64,000 bases of DNA from Pseudomonadota bacterium (GTDB lineage: Bacteria > Pseudomonadota > Alphaproteobacteria > Acetobacterales > Acetobacteraceae). The stretch is from positions 1,040-65,039 of the forward strand of contig JABBNW010000002.1 of the NCBI GenBank assembly GCA_019352115.1. Direction: 5' to 3'. The position numbers and the translations under genes were made by a program. The notes below the pieces were generated by a model. That model was not told the DNA's origin, ran no database searches, and was given only the letters and a program-made list of their open reading frames with translations. Shown piece by piece: positions 9,195 through 19,340 of the stretch (its first letter is position 1; each line of letters begins with the position of its first letter).

Positions 9195-11072
9195 GTGAAC
9201 AAGAAGATGCACTTCAATCTGTGGTACGCGATCGCGGCGTTCCTCGCCATCATCGCGATCCAGAGCCTGCTCGTCACGTACAAGGGGCCAGAGGAGGTTT
9301 CCTACAGCCGGTTCGTCCAGTTGCTGGCGGACGGCAAGATATCTGCGGTCGCGGTTAGCCCGGATCACCTGGAAGGGACGCCGAAGACGGTGCTGCCGAA
9401 GGGGCCGAAAAGCTACGCAGCCACCCGCGTCTCCCCCGCCATGGCGAACATGCTGGATAAGTATCACGTCACTGTTACCGGGGTCGTGCCGAACCACTTG
9501 CTCGGCGACATCCTGGGTTGGATCATTCCGGCGGCCGCCTTCTTCGTCATCTGGATGTTCGTGATGCGCCGCTTCGGCGGCCAGCAGGGCATCGGCGGGC
9601 TGATGCAGATCGGCAAAAGCAAGGCCAAGATATTCGTAGAAAAAGATACCAACGTGAAGTTTGCAGACGTGGCGGGCGTGGACGAGGCCGAAGAGGAACT
9701 GACCGAGGTGGTGGAGTTCCTCAAGGAACCGAAGCTGCACGCCCGCCTGGGCGCGCGGATCCCGAAAGGCATCCTGCTGGTCGGCCCCCCCGGCACGGGC
9801 AAGACGTTGCTCGCCCGCGCGGTGGCCGGCGAAGCCGGGGTCCCGTTCTTCTCCATCAGCGGCTCGGAGTTCGTCGAGATGTTCGTGGGCGTGGGCGCCG
9901 CCCGGGTGCGCGATCTGTTCGAGCAGGCCCGCAAGGTCGCCCCCTGCATCATCTTCATCGATGAGCTCGACGCGCTGGGCCGCGCCCGCGGCAGCGGCCC
10001 GTTCGCTGGCGGGCATGACGAGAAGGAACAGACGCTCAACCAGTTGCTGATGGAACTCGACGGCTTCGACCCGCAGACAGGCATCGTGTTGATCGGCGCC
10101 ACCAACCGCCCGGAGGTGCTCGATCCTGCGCTGCTGCGCGCCGGGCGGCTGGACCGGCAGGTGCTGGTCGATCGGCCCGACCGGCTCGGGCGGGTGGCGA
10201 TTCTGCATATTCACCTGACGAAGGTGACGCTCGGCGCGGATGTCGATCCGGTCCAGATCGCGGCCCTGACCCCCGGCTTCTCCGGCGCCGATCTCGCCAA
10301 CCTGGTCAATGAAGCCGCCCTGCAAGCGACCCGGCGCAATGCCGACGCGGTGTCGATGGCCGATTTCACGCTTGCCTTCGAACGCATCGTTGCCGGACTC
10401 GAGAAGAAGAACCGACTGCTGATCCCCTCGGAACGCCGCGTGGTGGCGTATCACGAGATGGGCCACGCCCTGGTGGCGATGGCGCTGCCGGGGATGGACC
10501 CGGTGCACAAAATCTCCATCATCCCGCGCGGCATCAGCGCATTGGGCTACACGATGCAGCGGCCGACCGACGATCGGTTCCTGCTCAATCGCGGCGAGCT
10601 CAAGAACAAGATGGCCGTCCTGCTGGGTGGGCGGGCGGCGGAGGCGCTGACGTTCGAGGATATCTCCACCGGCGCTGTCGATGACATCGACAAGGCCACC
10701 GAGATCGCGCGCAACATGGTGACCCGCTTCGGGATGTCGGAGAAACTGGGTCAGATCGCGTACGAAACGCGACGGCCTGGCCTGCTCGGCACCATGGCCG
10801 AACCTCCCCGCCACGACTACAGCGAGGAGACCGCGCGCGAGATCGACCATGCCATACACGAACTGATCGACACGGCGTTCGATACGGCGATCGGGTTGCT
10901 GACCGCCCACAAGGCGGAACTGCACGAAGGGGCGGAGCTGCTGCTGCAGAAAGAAACCCTGCTCCGCGACGAACTGCCGACCCTGCGCGCGCCCTCACCG
11001 GTGCCGGCGCTGTTGCCGTCTGCAACCCTTGCGTCGACTCGTGTGGGAGAGCTGCGGCAACCGCACGCGTGA
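9195..11072 (+). CDS. ftsH: ATP-dependent zinc metalloprotease FtsH
   Basis: Track ORF 9090..11072. GTG 9195 lies 5 nt after AGGAGG (9184-9189); ATG 9207 is an alternative start. Motifs are Walker A GPPGTGKT, Walker [32 protein letters not shown] and the zinc site HEMGHAL. Two N-terminal TM segments are present. Confidence 0.85.
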   Translation: MNKKMHFNLWYAIAAFLAIIAIQSLLVTYKGPEEVSYSRFVQLLADGKISAVAVSPDHLEGTPKTVLPKGPKSYAATRVSPAMANMLDKYHVTVTGVVPNHLLGDILGWIIPAAAFFVIWMFVMRRFGGQQGIGGLMQIGKSKAKIFVEKDTNVKFADVAGVDEAEEELTEVVEFLKEPKLHARLGARIPKGILLVGPPGTGKTLLARAVAGEAGVPFFSISGSEFVEMFVGVGAARVRDLFEQARKVAPCIIFIDELDALGRARGSGPFAGGHDEKEQTLNQLLMELDGFDPQTGIVLIGATNRPEVLDPALLRAGRLDRQVLVDRPDRLGRVAILHIHLTKVTLGADVDPVQIAALTPGFSGADLANLVNEAALQATRRNADAVSMADFTLAFERIVAGLEKKNRLLIPSERRVVAYHEMGHALVAMALPGMDPVHKISIIPRGISALGYTMQRPTDDRFLLNRGELKNKMAVLLGGRAAEALTFEDISTGAVDDIDKATEIARNMVTRFGMSEKLGQIAYETRRPGLLGTMAEPPRHDYSEETAREIDHAIHELIDTAFDTAIGLLTAHKAELHEGAELLLQKETLLRDELPTLRAPSPVPALLPSATLASTRVGELRQPHA

Positions 11073-11229
11073 CGCGGACCGGCGGGGAGGTTGTCCGGCA
11101 GGATGCAAGCCGCGCCGTCGTCCCCGGACAACTTGACCCCAACCATATCGCCCTGTCGCCAAGCCGGCTGCACGTGCGGGGTCATCCCACCCCGCTGTCC
11201 CGTCGGGCCGCAGGTTCGTCGATCCCGCG

Positions 11230-13347
11230 CTACCCCACCTCGATCACCGCGTCCGCCGCGAACGCGCCCTGCCCCTCGGCCATCGCGAACACCGGGTTGA
11301 GATCGACCGCCCGCAGCCGCGGCCCGGCGGCGACCGCGAAGGCCGACAGCCGCGCCAGCATCGTGGCCAGCGCCGCCACGTCGGCTTTCGGCCGGCCGCG
11401 CGCGCCGTCGAGCAGCGGGAAGCCGCGGATCGCGCGGATCATCTCCGTCGCCACGTCTTCGCCGAACGGGCAGCGGCGGAACACCACGTCCTGCAGCACT
11501 TCCACGAACACCCCGCCCAAGCCGAACATCGCCACCGGCCCGAACACCGGGTCCTGGTGGATGCCCAGGATGCATTCGGTGCCGCCGCGCAGTTGTTTCG
11601 CGACCAGCACGCCCTCGATGCGCGCCCGTGGCGCCGCCGTGCGGGCGCGGTCCAGCAGGGTGGCGAAGCCGGTCCGCACCGCATCCGCGTCCGCGACATC
11701 GAGCAGCACGCCGCCGATTTCCGATTTGTGCATTATGTCGGGCGACAGGATTTTCAGCACCACCGGATAGCCGAACCCGTCCGCCGCGGCGACGGCGGCT
11801 TCGGGCGAGGCGCAGGCGGCTTCGGGGACGCAGGCGATGCCGGCGGCGGCGAGCAGGCGTTTCGCCGCCGCCTCCGACGGCGTCGCCGCGGGCAGGCTCA
11901 CGGCCGGCACGGCGGGCGGCGCGGCCGGCGGGGGTGCTGCGAAGGCGGCGCCGAAACGGCCCATGGCGGCGATCGCGGTCACCGCGCGGGAGGGGTCTTC
12001 GTGGCAGACCCAGCCCTCGGCTTCCAGCGCGCGCACGCCGGCTTCCGGCGCGATCACCGACAGCACGAACAGCCGGTCGGGATAGCGCAGCCGCACCTCG
12101 TTCAGCTTCTCCAGCATGGCGGGCCAGCGGCGGGAGGACGCGACCATGGTGAAGAAGCCGAGGATGGAACTGTAGCCGCCGTCGCGCACCACCGATTCGA
12201 AGAACGGCGCCAGCAGGGCCAGGTCGTTGCCCACCTGCGCGGTCGCGTCCACCGGGTTGCGCGGGGCGCAGAACGAAACCAGCGCCTTCAGCCGCGCCTG
12301 CGCGTCATCGGGCATCGGCGGCATCGCCAGCCCGACCTGCTCGGCGACGTCGGAGACCAGCACGCCAGCCCCGCCGGAGACAGTAATCATCCCTAACGTG
12401 TTAGCCACCGGGTAGATGCGCCGCATCGCGGTCTGCGCGATGTCGAGCATTTCTTCGGACGTGCGGGCGCGGTGGACGCCGAATTCGGCCATCACCGCCG
12501 CGGTCACCGCATCGTCGCCGGCGATCGAGGCAGTGTGCGATTTCGCCGCCTGGCCGCCCAACGCGCTACGGCCGACCTTCATCATCACGATAGGTTTTTT
12601 CGCCGCGCGGGCGGTTTCGAACGCGGCGATCAGGCCGGGGGCCTCGCGGATGCCCTCGATATAGGCGGCAATCACGTCGACATCGGGGTTTTCGGCCAGC
12701 CAGCCGATGCATTCGCCGACTGTTACGTCCGCCTCGTTGCCGGTCATGATGCAGAGCGAGGCGCCGATGCCGCGGTTGCGCGCGAGCGTATAGAGATGCG
12801 TGCCGTAGGCGCCGGATTGCGACGCGATGCCGATGCGTCCCGGCACCGGCCAGCCGGAATCGAACGAGGAGGAAAACGTGGCGTAGTAGCCGGTGCGGCC
12901 GTCGAACACGCCGAGGCAGTTCGGGCCGAGGATGCGCATCCCATGCGCGCGCGCCGCGGCGACCATGCGGTCTTGTGCGGCCTGGCCCTCGGCGTCCACT
13001 TCCGCGAAGCCGGCGGTGAACACGAGGGCGGCCTTGGTGCCGCGCTTGCCGAGGTCTTCCGCCGCGCTCACCGCGAGGCCGGCAGGCACGGCGACGATCG
13101 CAACGTCGGGGGTTTCCGGCAAGTCAGAGACGGAGGGATAGGCGCGCAGGCCCTGCACCTCGGTCCGGTTCGGGTTCACCGGGTAGATTGCGCCCTTGAA
13201 GCCCTGCGCCTTCATGTAGGCGATCGGCCGGCCGCCGATCCGCGCGGGGTCGTTGGACGCGCCGAGGATCGCGATGGACCGCGGGGCGAGAAGGGGCGTC
13301 AGCCCGGCGAAGCGGCCGGGTTGCGCGGTGGGCGGCCTGGACGTCAT
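11230..13347 (-). CDS. Acyl-CoA synthetase (NDP/ADP-forming), acetate--CoA ligase family (CoA-binding + succinyl-CoA-synthetase-like + ATP-grasp domains)
   Basis: A 705-aa ORF. Its N-terminus, PRSIAILGASNDPARIGGRPIAYMKAQGFKGAIYPVNP...VAIVAVPA, is typical of the family. The C-terminal region is an ATP-grasp domain (GYPVVLKILSPDIMHKSEIGGV). Confidence 0.85.
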   Translation of the reverse strand: MTSRPPTAQPGRFAGLTPLLAPRSIAILGASNDPARIGGRPIAYMKAQGFKGAIYPVNPNRTEVQGLRAYPSVSDLPETPDVAIVAVPAGLAVSAAEDLGKRGTKAALVFTAGFAEVDAEGQAAQDRMVAAARAHGMRILGPNCLGVFDGRTGYYATFSSSFDSGWPVPGRIGIASQSGAYGTHLYTLARNRGIGASLCIMTGNEADVTVGECIGWLAENPDVDVIAAYIEGIREAPGLIAAFETARAAKKPIVMMKVGRSALGGQAAKSHTASIAGDDAVTAAVMAEFGVHRARTSEEMLDIAQTAMRRIYPVANTLGMITVSGGAGVLVSDVAEQVGLAMPPMPDDAQARLKALVSFCAPRNPVDATAQVGNDLALLAPFFESVVRDGGYSSILGFFTMVASSRRWPAMLEKLNEVRLRYPDRLFVLSVIAPEAGVRALEAEGWVCHEDPSRAVTAIAAMGRFGAAFAAPPPAAPPAVPAVSLPAATPSEAAAKRLLAAAGIACVPEAACASPEAAVAAADGFGYPVVLKILSPDIMHKSEIGGVLLDVADADAVRTGFATLLDRARTAAPRARIEGVLVAKQLRGGTECILGIHQDPVFGPVAMFGLGGVFVEVLQDVVFRRCPFGEDVATEMIRAIRGFPLLDGARGRPKADVAALATMLARLSAFAVAAGPRLRAVDLNPVFAMAEGQGAFAADAVIEVG

Positions 13348-13461
13348 CGGTGTTTCCCCCGGGCTTGCGCCGGGATCCTGCCGTCCCGGTCCGGGCGAGT
13401 GTGGTCCCCAGGCGGCGGGTGGGGCAAGGTCCGGGCGCGCGCTGGACAGACGCGCCCGCGC

Positions 13462-13881
13462 TTACCCCTCCGGCGGGTGGAAAATGATCGGCTGCGCCCC
13501 GGACCACAATGTCAGCTTGCCGAGCGCGGCCAGGTTCTCCTGCCCCTGCGTGATCGTCAGGAAATGGTTGCCGACGAGCTGGCCCACCTTGCTCGCGAAC
13601 CGCACCGCGCCATAGCCCAACAGGATTTCGGTCTCGCTGATGCCGCCCGGATAGAGCAGGATCTGGCCGGGCGCAGGGTAGCTCGTGTGGTTCTCGAACC
13701 CGACCGCGAAATCGGTGGCGCCGAGCGGAATCCAGCACGCTTCCCCGCTCCAGCGCACATGGATGATGCGCTCGCGGTACGGCAGCAGGGCGCGGAACAT
13801 GGCGCAGGTGACGGGGGCGGCGGCGTCCTCGAACCGGGCGAGGAAGCTGTAGGGGCCGGCGGTGATGCGAATGTCGGACAT
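13462..13881 (-). CDS. DUF3830 (cyclophilin-like fold) family protein
   Basis: 139 aa: MSDIRITAGPYSFLARFEDAAAPVTCAMFRALLPY...HVRWSGEACWIPLG...ENHTSYPAPGQILLYPGGISETEILLGYG. It matches my recollection of the conserved DUF3830 blocks. Confidence 0.6.
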   Translation of the reverse strand: MSDIRITAGPYSFLARFEDAAAPVTCAMFRALLPYRERIIHVRWSGEACWIPLGATDFAVGFENHTSYPAPGQILLYPGGISETEILLGYGAVRFASKVGQLVGNHFLTITQGQENLAALGKLTLWSGAQPIIFHPPEG

Positions 13882-13938
13882 GGCGCCAGGGTACCGATGG
13901 TTTCCGCCCGTGGGGGACGCAGGAGGGACGCGGCGGGA

Positions 13939-15123
13939 TCAGACGGTCTTCAGGAACTCCGCCAGCTTGATCGCCGCGGTCGGCTTGTCGGTCTGGTCGA
14001 GCGCGGCCAGTTCGGCGGCCAGGCGGTCCATCGCGGCTTCGTAGATCTGGCGCTCGCTGAAGCTCTGGTCGGGCTGGCCGGCGTTGCGGTGCAGGTCGCG
14101 GACCACCTCGGCGATCGCGAGCGGGTCGCCGGAGTTGATCTTGGCCTCGTATTCCTGCGCGCGGCGGGACCACATGGTGCGCTTGATGCGTGCCTTGCCC
14201 CGCAGCACCGCGAGCGCCTCGTCGAACAACGAGCGGGTGGCGAGCTTGCGCAGCCCGGCGGTGCGCGCCTTCGCCACCGGCACGCGCAGGGTCATGCGGT
14301 TTTCCTCGAACGTGATGTGGATCAGTTCGAGCTTGTGGCCGGCGATTTCCTCCACCGCGATGCGTTCGACCTTGCCGACGCCGTGGGTGGGATAGACGAC
14401 ATGGTCGCCCTGGACGAAGTTTTCCGCCTTCGCGAGCGGGCGCGGCGGTGGCATCGGCCGGCCGGATTGCTGCATCGGGCGCATCGGGCCGCCAGCCTGG
14501 GCCGGGGGGGCCGACGTCGTGGGGGGGGCGGTCGATCCGGCGGCGTCGGGCGGCGCCGGTGCCGGCGCTTGCGGCGTGGCGGCGAAGCCCGGGGCGCGGG
14601 GCACGGGCGCCTCGGTGGCTTCCGCCGCGGGGTCCGCTGATGCGGCCGGTCCGGCGGCGGCCGGCTTCGGCTCTGGCGTCTTCGCTTCGGGGGCCTTCGA
14701 GTCCGGTGCTTTCGCGTCGGCGGCAGGTTTGCTCGCGGCGGATTTTGCGGCGGCGGCAGGGCGGGCCGGGGGGGGCGCCGGCTCGGACGCCTCGGCCGAG
14801 GCGTCCGCCAACGGCTTGCCCTGAACCTTGTCCACCGTCAGCCCATCGGCCGCCGCGCAGGCGGCCGGACGAGCGGCGGTCACCCGGGGCACGACGGACG
14901 GGGACGCAGCGGATGGCAACCCGCCGGTTTTGCCCGCGGCGGCCGGCTTGCGCGCCGCCGGCTTCTGCGCCGCAACGGACGCCGGAGTGGAGCCGGGGGC
15001 GACCGAGACGGGCGGAACCGTGGCGGCGGATGGCGCCGAAGCCGTCGGTTCCGCTGACCCTGCACCCGGCGCCTTCCGATGCGTCGATCCCACGCTTGCG
15101 GCCGTTGCCTTCATGCTGGACAC
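13939..15123 (-). CDS. carD: CarD/CdnL family RNA-polymerase-binding transcription regulator with long Ala/Pro/Lys-rich N-terminal extension (start uncertain)
   Basis: The C-terminal ~165 aa form the canonical CdnL sequence: GDHVVYPTHGVGKVERIAVEEIAGHKLELIHITFEENRMTLRVPVAKA...RTMWSRRAQEYEAKINSGDPLAIAEVVRDLHR. The frame stays open upstream to GTG 15123 or ATG 15114. A short-form start would be ATG 14454 (MPPPRPLAKAENF...). Confidence 0.8.
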   Translation of the reverse strand: MSSMKATAASVGSTHRKAPGAGSAEPTASAPSAATVPPVSVAPGSTPASVAAQKPAARKPAAAGKTGGLPSAASPSVVPRVTAARPAACAAADGLTVDKVQGKPLADASAEASEPAPPPARPAAAAKSAASKPAADAKAPDSKAPEAKTPEPKPAAAGPAASADPAAEATEAPVPRAPGFAATPQAPAPAPPDAAGSTAPPTTSAPPAQAGGPMRPMQQSGRPMPPPRPLAKAENFVQGDHVVYPTHGVGKVERIAVEEIAGHKLELIHITFEENRMTLRVPVAKARTAGLRKLATRSLFDEALAVLRGKARIKRTMWSRRAQEYEAKINSGDPLAIAEVVRDLHRNAGQPDQSFSERQIYEAAMDRLAAELAALDQTDKPTAAIKLAEFLKTV

Positions 15124-15438
15124 CTCGTTTGCAACTCCATATGCGCAGCCGACGGACGACGCCCGGCGTCACCGCTGCTACGGACCGGCTCCCCCTCGGA
15201 GCGGTTGCGCGCAAGCGCCGGCGAGCCCGATGGGCCCGATCCGCAGCCGCGCGCTTCCCTCAAGCCTATATAGCACGCCGACATGGGATCGTCATCCGGG
15301 GGGACGACGGGTCCGAACGATCGGCCGGCCAACGGGCCTGCGCGTCCATGGGGCGCCGGCCCGGGAACGCCGGCCCGGGAACGCCAGTCCGCGCGGCTCG
15401 GGTCGCGGCGCCGGAGCAACCCGGGCCGCGGCGCGACC

Positions 15439-15771
15439 TCAGGGCGTGCCGGGGTCCGGCGAGAACAGCTCGGCCTTGCCGGGCTTGTCCTTCCACGCAT
15501 CTGCGTCGTCCGGAGCCTCCCCCTTGCGGGTGATGTTCGGCCAGAGCGCGGCATAGGCGCGGTTCTGCTCGACCCAGGCGGTGGCCTTGTCGTCGCTGTC
15601 GGGCACGATCGCCTCGGCGGGGCACTCGGGTTCGCATACCCCGCAGTCGATGCACTCGTCGGGATGGATCACCAGCATGTTGGCGCCGACATAGAAGCAG
15701 TCGACGGGACACACCTCGACGCAGTCCATATACTTGCACTTGATGCAGTTTTCGGTGACCACGTAGGTCAT
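15439..15771 (-). CDS. fdxA: 7Fe ferredoxin (3Fe-4S + 4Fe-4S)
   Basis: Start at ATG 15771: [55 protein letters not shown]. This is the classic FdxA cysteine pattern. It sits next to carD, as is common in alphaproteobacteria. Confidence 0.9.
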   Translation of the reverse strand: MTYVVTENCIKCKYMDCVEVCPVDCFYVGANMLVIHPDECIDCGVCEPECPAEAIVPDSDDKATAWVEQNRAYAALWPNITRKGEAPDDADAWKDKPGKAELFSPDPGTP

Positions 15772-15989
15772 GGCGATCCCTCGTCGAAGAAACCCGGTGC
15801 CGCAGGCAGGGGCCGCGATCCGGTGGCGGCGGCGATATGACGGCGTTTCGCCGCGGGTGCAAGGCCGCACGGCGCGCAAAGGGCAATCGCTTGCCCATCT
15901 GCCCCCCATGCGCCCGCCGTGTGCCCCTGCAGGAGGGACGCGCCCTGCATACCATAATCCGTTAACCGGTTTGCGGTTTCATCTCCCGC

Positions 15990-17372
15990 ATGGCCTTCCC
16001 CATGCGGACCCGACCGGCCGTGTCGCCGACCCGCTTGCCGTCCACCCGCGGGTGCCGGGTCGCGCGGGCGCGGACCCGGCGCGCCGCGGCGCTCCTGGCC
16101 GCCCTCCTGGCCTGCCTTCCCGTGCCGGCAGCGCGTGGGCAGGAGGCGCTGCCCGCGGCCGACATCGCCACCCTGTTCCCCGCCGAGACGCACGCCGCGG
16201 GCACCGAAGCCGGGGTCACGGTGCTGTCCCGCGCCCGACCGCTGTATGCCCTGCGCGAGGTGCGCCTCGGGCTGCTGGAGGCGGCGCCGCGGATCGACCT
16301 CGGGCTTAGTTACGACAGCGACCCCACCGGCCTGCCGCACGGGGCGGGCGGGTTCGTCTGGCACACCGCGCCCTCGCTCACGCTCGGCACCGGGCGGGGC
16401 GACGACACGATCGGGATCGCGCTCGGCGCGGACGACGTGCGCGTGCCCGCCGTGCCGGCCGCCGATCGCACCGACTGGACCGCGGCAGCGGGGCTGCGGT
16501 TCGGCTTCGGGGCCGACCGGCTGACCCTGGACGCGGCCGAGCGCGCCCTGCACGAAGACGGCAGCGAGATCGGCGCGCTGCCCACCGACCGCCCGCTGCC
16601 GTACCGGATCATCGCGCTGCGTGCCGGCTACCGGATCGGCGGCGCGCGGCTGTCGCTCATCCCCGCGCTCGGCTTCGCCGCCTGGCGGTACGATGCGGCG
16701 CGCCTCGGTGGGGTGTCCGTCGCGCAGGCCTATCGCGACCGCGACGTGGTGCAGGGCGAGGTCACCGCCCGCTACGCGCTGGCGCCGCGCCGGGATCTGC
16801 TGCTGGTACTGCGCGGCACGCAATCGCACTACGTGGCCCCGCAACCCGGCGCGCCGTCCCGCGATTCCACCGGCTTCGCGGCCCTGATCGGCGCCGAGGC
16901 CGGCGACGGCATCCTGCACCTGCGCATCCTCGCCGGCTGGGAGCAGCGCGATTTCATCGCCGCCGCCTACGGCACCCACGCCGCACCGGTCGCCGAGGCG
17001 CAGGCGGTCTGGCAGCCCGGCGGCATGACGACGGTGACCGCGACCCTGTCGCGCCGGATCGAGGACGCGGCGCAGGAAGGCGTCGCCGGCTACACCGAAA
17101 CCCAGGCCGGCCTGCGGGTGGACCGGGAAGTGCGGCGCGACCTGCTGGTCTCGGTCGCGGCCGGGATGCAGCGCGCCGCCTTCACCAACGGCGGCGGGCG
17201 CGAGACCGGGACCAGCTTCGGCGCCTCGGCCACCTGGCTGTTGAACCGGCGGATGCGGATCACCGCGGCCGAGACCGTCACCGCGCTGGCTGGTGCAGCG
17301 AGCACCGCGACCTCCGCCAGCGGATCCGTCACCCGCAGCGTCAGCCTGCTCACCCTGGGCTTCGGGCTGTGA
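15990..17372 (+). CDS. Putative outer-membrane beta-barrel protein (polysaccharide-locus associated)
   Basis: 460 aa with a signal-peptide-like N-terminus (RRAAALLAALLACLPVPAARGQEA). The body has alternating-hydrophobic, Gly/Arg/Asp-rich beta-strand-like sequence. Its stop overlaps the start of the downstream glycosyltransferase (GTGA). No specific family was recognised. Confidence 0.5.
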   Translation: MAFPMRTRPAVSPTRLPSTRGCRVARARTRRAAALLAALLACLPVPAARGQEALPAADIATLFPAETHAAGTEAGVTVLSRARPLYALREVRLGLLEAAPRIDLGLSYDSDPTGLPHGAGGFVWHTAPSLTLGTGRGDDTIGIALGADDVRVPAVPAADRTDWTAAAGLRFGFGADRLTLDAAERALHEDGSEIGALPTDRPLPYRIIALRAGYRIGGARLSLIPALGFAAWRYDAARLGGVSVAQAYRDRDVVQGEVTARYALAPRRDLLLVLRGTQSHYVAPQPGAPSRDSTGFAALIGAEAGDGILHLRILAGWEQRDFIAAAYGTHAAPVAEAQAVWQPGGMTTVTATLSRRIEDAAQEGVAGYTETQAGLRVDREVRRDLLVSVAAGMQRAAFTNGGGRETGTSFGASATWLLNRRMRITAAETVTALAGAASTATSASGSVTRSVSLLTLGFGL

Positions 17373-18115
17373 GCCTGCCGAGCGTCCGGCTGCTCGGGCT
17401 CGACTTCGCCGCCGCGGCGCCGGGGGCGGTGCTGGACTGGATGCTGGCGCGGCCGGCCGCGACGGGATTCGGCTATGTGGTGACGCCGAACGCTGACCAC
17501 ATGGTGCGGCTGGCGCGGGTGCCGGACCTGCGGGGGGTGTACGACGGGGCGGCGCTGCGGCTGCTCGATTCGCGGGTCGTGGCAAGGGCCGCGCGGCTCC
17601 TGGGGCTGCCGGCGCCCCCGGTGCTGCCGGGCAGCGACCTGGCCGCGGCGGTGCTGGCGGCGGTGCCCCCGGGGGAGCGGATCACCCTGGTCGGGCTGCC
17701 GCCGGCCTGGCTGCCGGCGCTGGTGCGGCGCACCGGCATCGCCGCGCCCGCGCATTGCGATCCGCCGCGCGGGTTCGCGCACGACCCGGCCGCCCTTGCA
17801 GCGGTGGTGCGGTTCGTGGAGGACCATCCGGCGCGGTTCGTCTTCCTCGCGGTCGGCGCGCCGCGGCAAGAGCTGCTGGCGGCGGCGATCGCGGCCGGTG
17901 GGCGGGCGCAGGGGCTCGGGCTCTGCGTGGGGGCGGGGATCGACTTCCTGTCCGGGCGAGTGCGCCGCGCCCCGGGGTGGATGCAGCGCACGGGGCTGGA
18001 GTGGCTGCACCGGCTGAGCCAGGACCCGGCGCGGCTAGCGCGGCGCTACCTGCGCGACGATCCGGCGGTGTTCGCCCTGTTGCTGGCCGAGCGCCGGCGC
18101 GGAGGTATACAGTGA
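17369..18115 (+). CDS. WecB/TagA/CpsF family glycosyltransferase
   Basis: 248 aa with a GTG start overlapping the upstream stop codon. Family blocks VVTPNADHMV, RFVFLAVGAPRQELL and GAGIDFLSG...RAP.WMQR.GLEWLHRL are present. Confidence 0.8.
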   Translation: MSLPSVRLLGLDFAAAAPGAVLDWMLARPAATGFGYVVTPNADHMVRLARVPDLRGVYDGAALRLLDSRVVARAARLLGLPAPPVLPGSDLAAAVLAAVPPGERITLVGLPPAWLPALVRRTGIAAPAHCDPPRGFAHDPAALAAVVRFVEDHPARFVFLAVGAPRQELLAAAIAAGGRAQGLGLCVGAGIDFLSGRVRRAPGWMQRTGLEWLHRLSQDPARLARRYLRDDPAVFALLLAERRRGGIQ

Positions 18116-18205
18116 CGGTTCGTTCACTCCCCCGTCTCTTGACCTCGGCGACGCTGCCCTGCAACAAGCCGTTCTTTCGCGCAATCGGGGAAGGAACGAA
18201 CTATA

Positions 18206-19312
18206 ATGCGTATGTCGCGCTTCTGGCTGGCCGCGGTCGCGGCCGGTGCACTCCTGGGGGCAGCAGCGCCGGCCCGGGCGAAGACCATCGAGCTTGGCGC
18301 GCTCCTGCCGTTGACCGGCCCGGGTGCGGTGATCGGCACCGAACAGATGCGGGGCATCCAGTTCGCGGTCGACGAGCTGAATGCCAAGGGCGGCATCGAC
18401 GGCGACAAAGTGCATGTGATCTACGACGACGATCAGGCCAAGTCCGATCAGGCGGTGCTCGATTTCAATAAGCTCGTCAGCCTGCAGCACGTGCCGATGA
18501 TCTGGCTCGCCTATTCCGGCCCCACGCTTGCAACCGCGCCGCTGGCGACCCGCCGGCACATCCTGATCCTGAATTCGGGCGCGCAGTCGGATGCGTTGCA
18601 GAAGGCCTCCCCCTATCTGGTGAACACCCTTCCCTCCACCGAGGAAGAGGTGAAGGTGATGGTGAAATACCTGCGCGCGCAAGGCAAATCGACCGCGGCG
18701 GTGTTGTACGAGAACGACGCCGCGGGCATCGGCGGACGTGATGATTTCGTGAAAGACTTCAAGGCTGCCGGCGGCAAGATCGTGGCGCAGGAGCCGGTGC
18801 AGTTCGGCCAGACCGATTTCCGCCCGGCGCTGCTCAAGCTCGCGTCGGCGAAGCCGCAGGTGCTGTACGTGGTGACGACGGTCGGCATGGTCCCGCTTGC
18901 CGATCAGTTGCACGAGATGAACCACAAGTGGCTGGTCGCCGGTACGACGTTCATGAACAACCCGCAGGTGATCGCGGATCCGAACGCGGCCGGGCTGATC
19001 CATACCCAGGTGGAAGCGAACGTCAGCCCCGCGCTGATGGCGGCGTTCCAGAAGAAGATGGGTGTCGAGATGGGCTTCTTCTCGCGCCAGTACTACAATT
19101 CGGCGCAGATGATCTTCATCATCCTGGACCACATGATCAAGGCGAAGACGCCGATCACCGGGGCGAACATGCGCACCGAGCTGTTCAAGATCAAGACGTT
19201 CGCGACGCCGGTGCCGATGACCTTCACCTCCAACACCGCGATTGTGCCGATCGCGATCGAGGAGATGAAGAACGGCACCGAGGTCACCATCACCCACAGC
19301 GTCGCGAAATAG
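18206..19312 (+). CDS. ABC transporter substrate-binding protein, branched-chain amino acid (LivJ/HAAT) type
   Basis: 368 aa with a signal peptide (MRMSRFWLAAVAAGALLGAAAPARA). It carries LLPLTGPGAVIGTEQMRGIQFAVDELNAKGGI, typical of Peripla_BP_6 proteins. Confidence 0.85.
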   Translation: MRMSRFWLAAVAAGALLGAAAPARAKTIELGALLPLTGPGAVIGTEQMRGIQFAVDELNAKGGIDGDKVHVIYDDDQAKSDQAVLDFNKLVSLQHVPMIWLAYSGPTLATAPLATRRHILILNSGAQSDALQKASPYLVNTLPSTEEEVKVMVKYLRAQGKSTAAVLYENDAAGIGGRDDFVKDFKAAGGKIVAQEPVQFGQTDFRPALLKLASAKPQVLYVVTTVGMVPLADQLHEMNHKWLVAGTTFMNNPQVIADPNAAGLIHTQVEANVSPALMAAFQKKMGVEMGFFSRQYYNSAQMIFIILDHMIKAKTPITGANMRTELFKIKTFATPVPMTFTSNTAIVPIAIEEMKNGTEVTITHSVAK

Positions 19313-19340
19313 TCCCACCCTCCGATCGGGCCGGCCCGTC

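Noticed and set aside
9195-11072. The FtsH gene as part of a transmissible heat-resistance or protein-quality-control island (tLST/TLPQC-like).
   Set aside because: No sHSP, ClpK/ClpG, DegP or other island genes flank it. Its composition matches the surrounding chromosome. No mobile-element signatures are nearby.
18202-18207. A perfect TATAAT hexamer just before the binding-protein gene.
   Set aside because: It overlaps the ATG at 18206 and follows the likely ribosome-binding site. This position is incompatible with a -10 box for this gene unless the transcript is leaderless. It is most likely coincidence.
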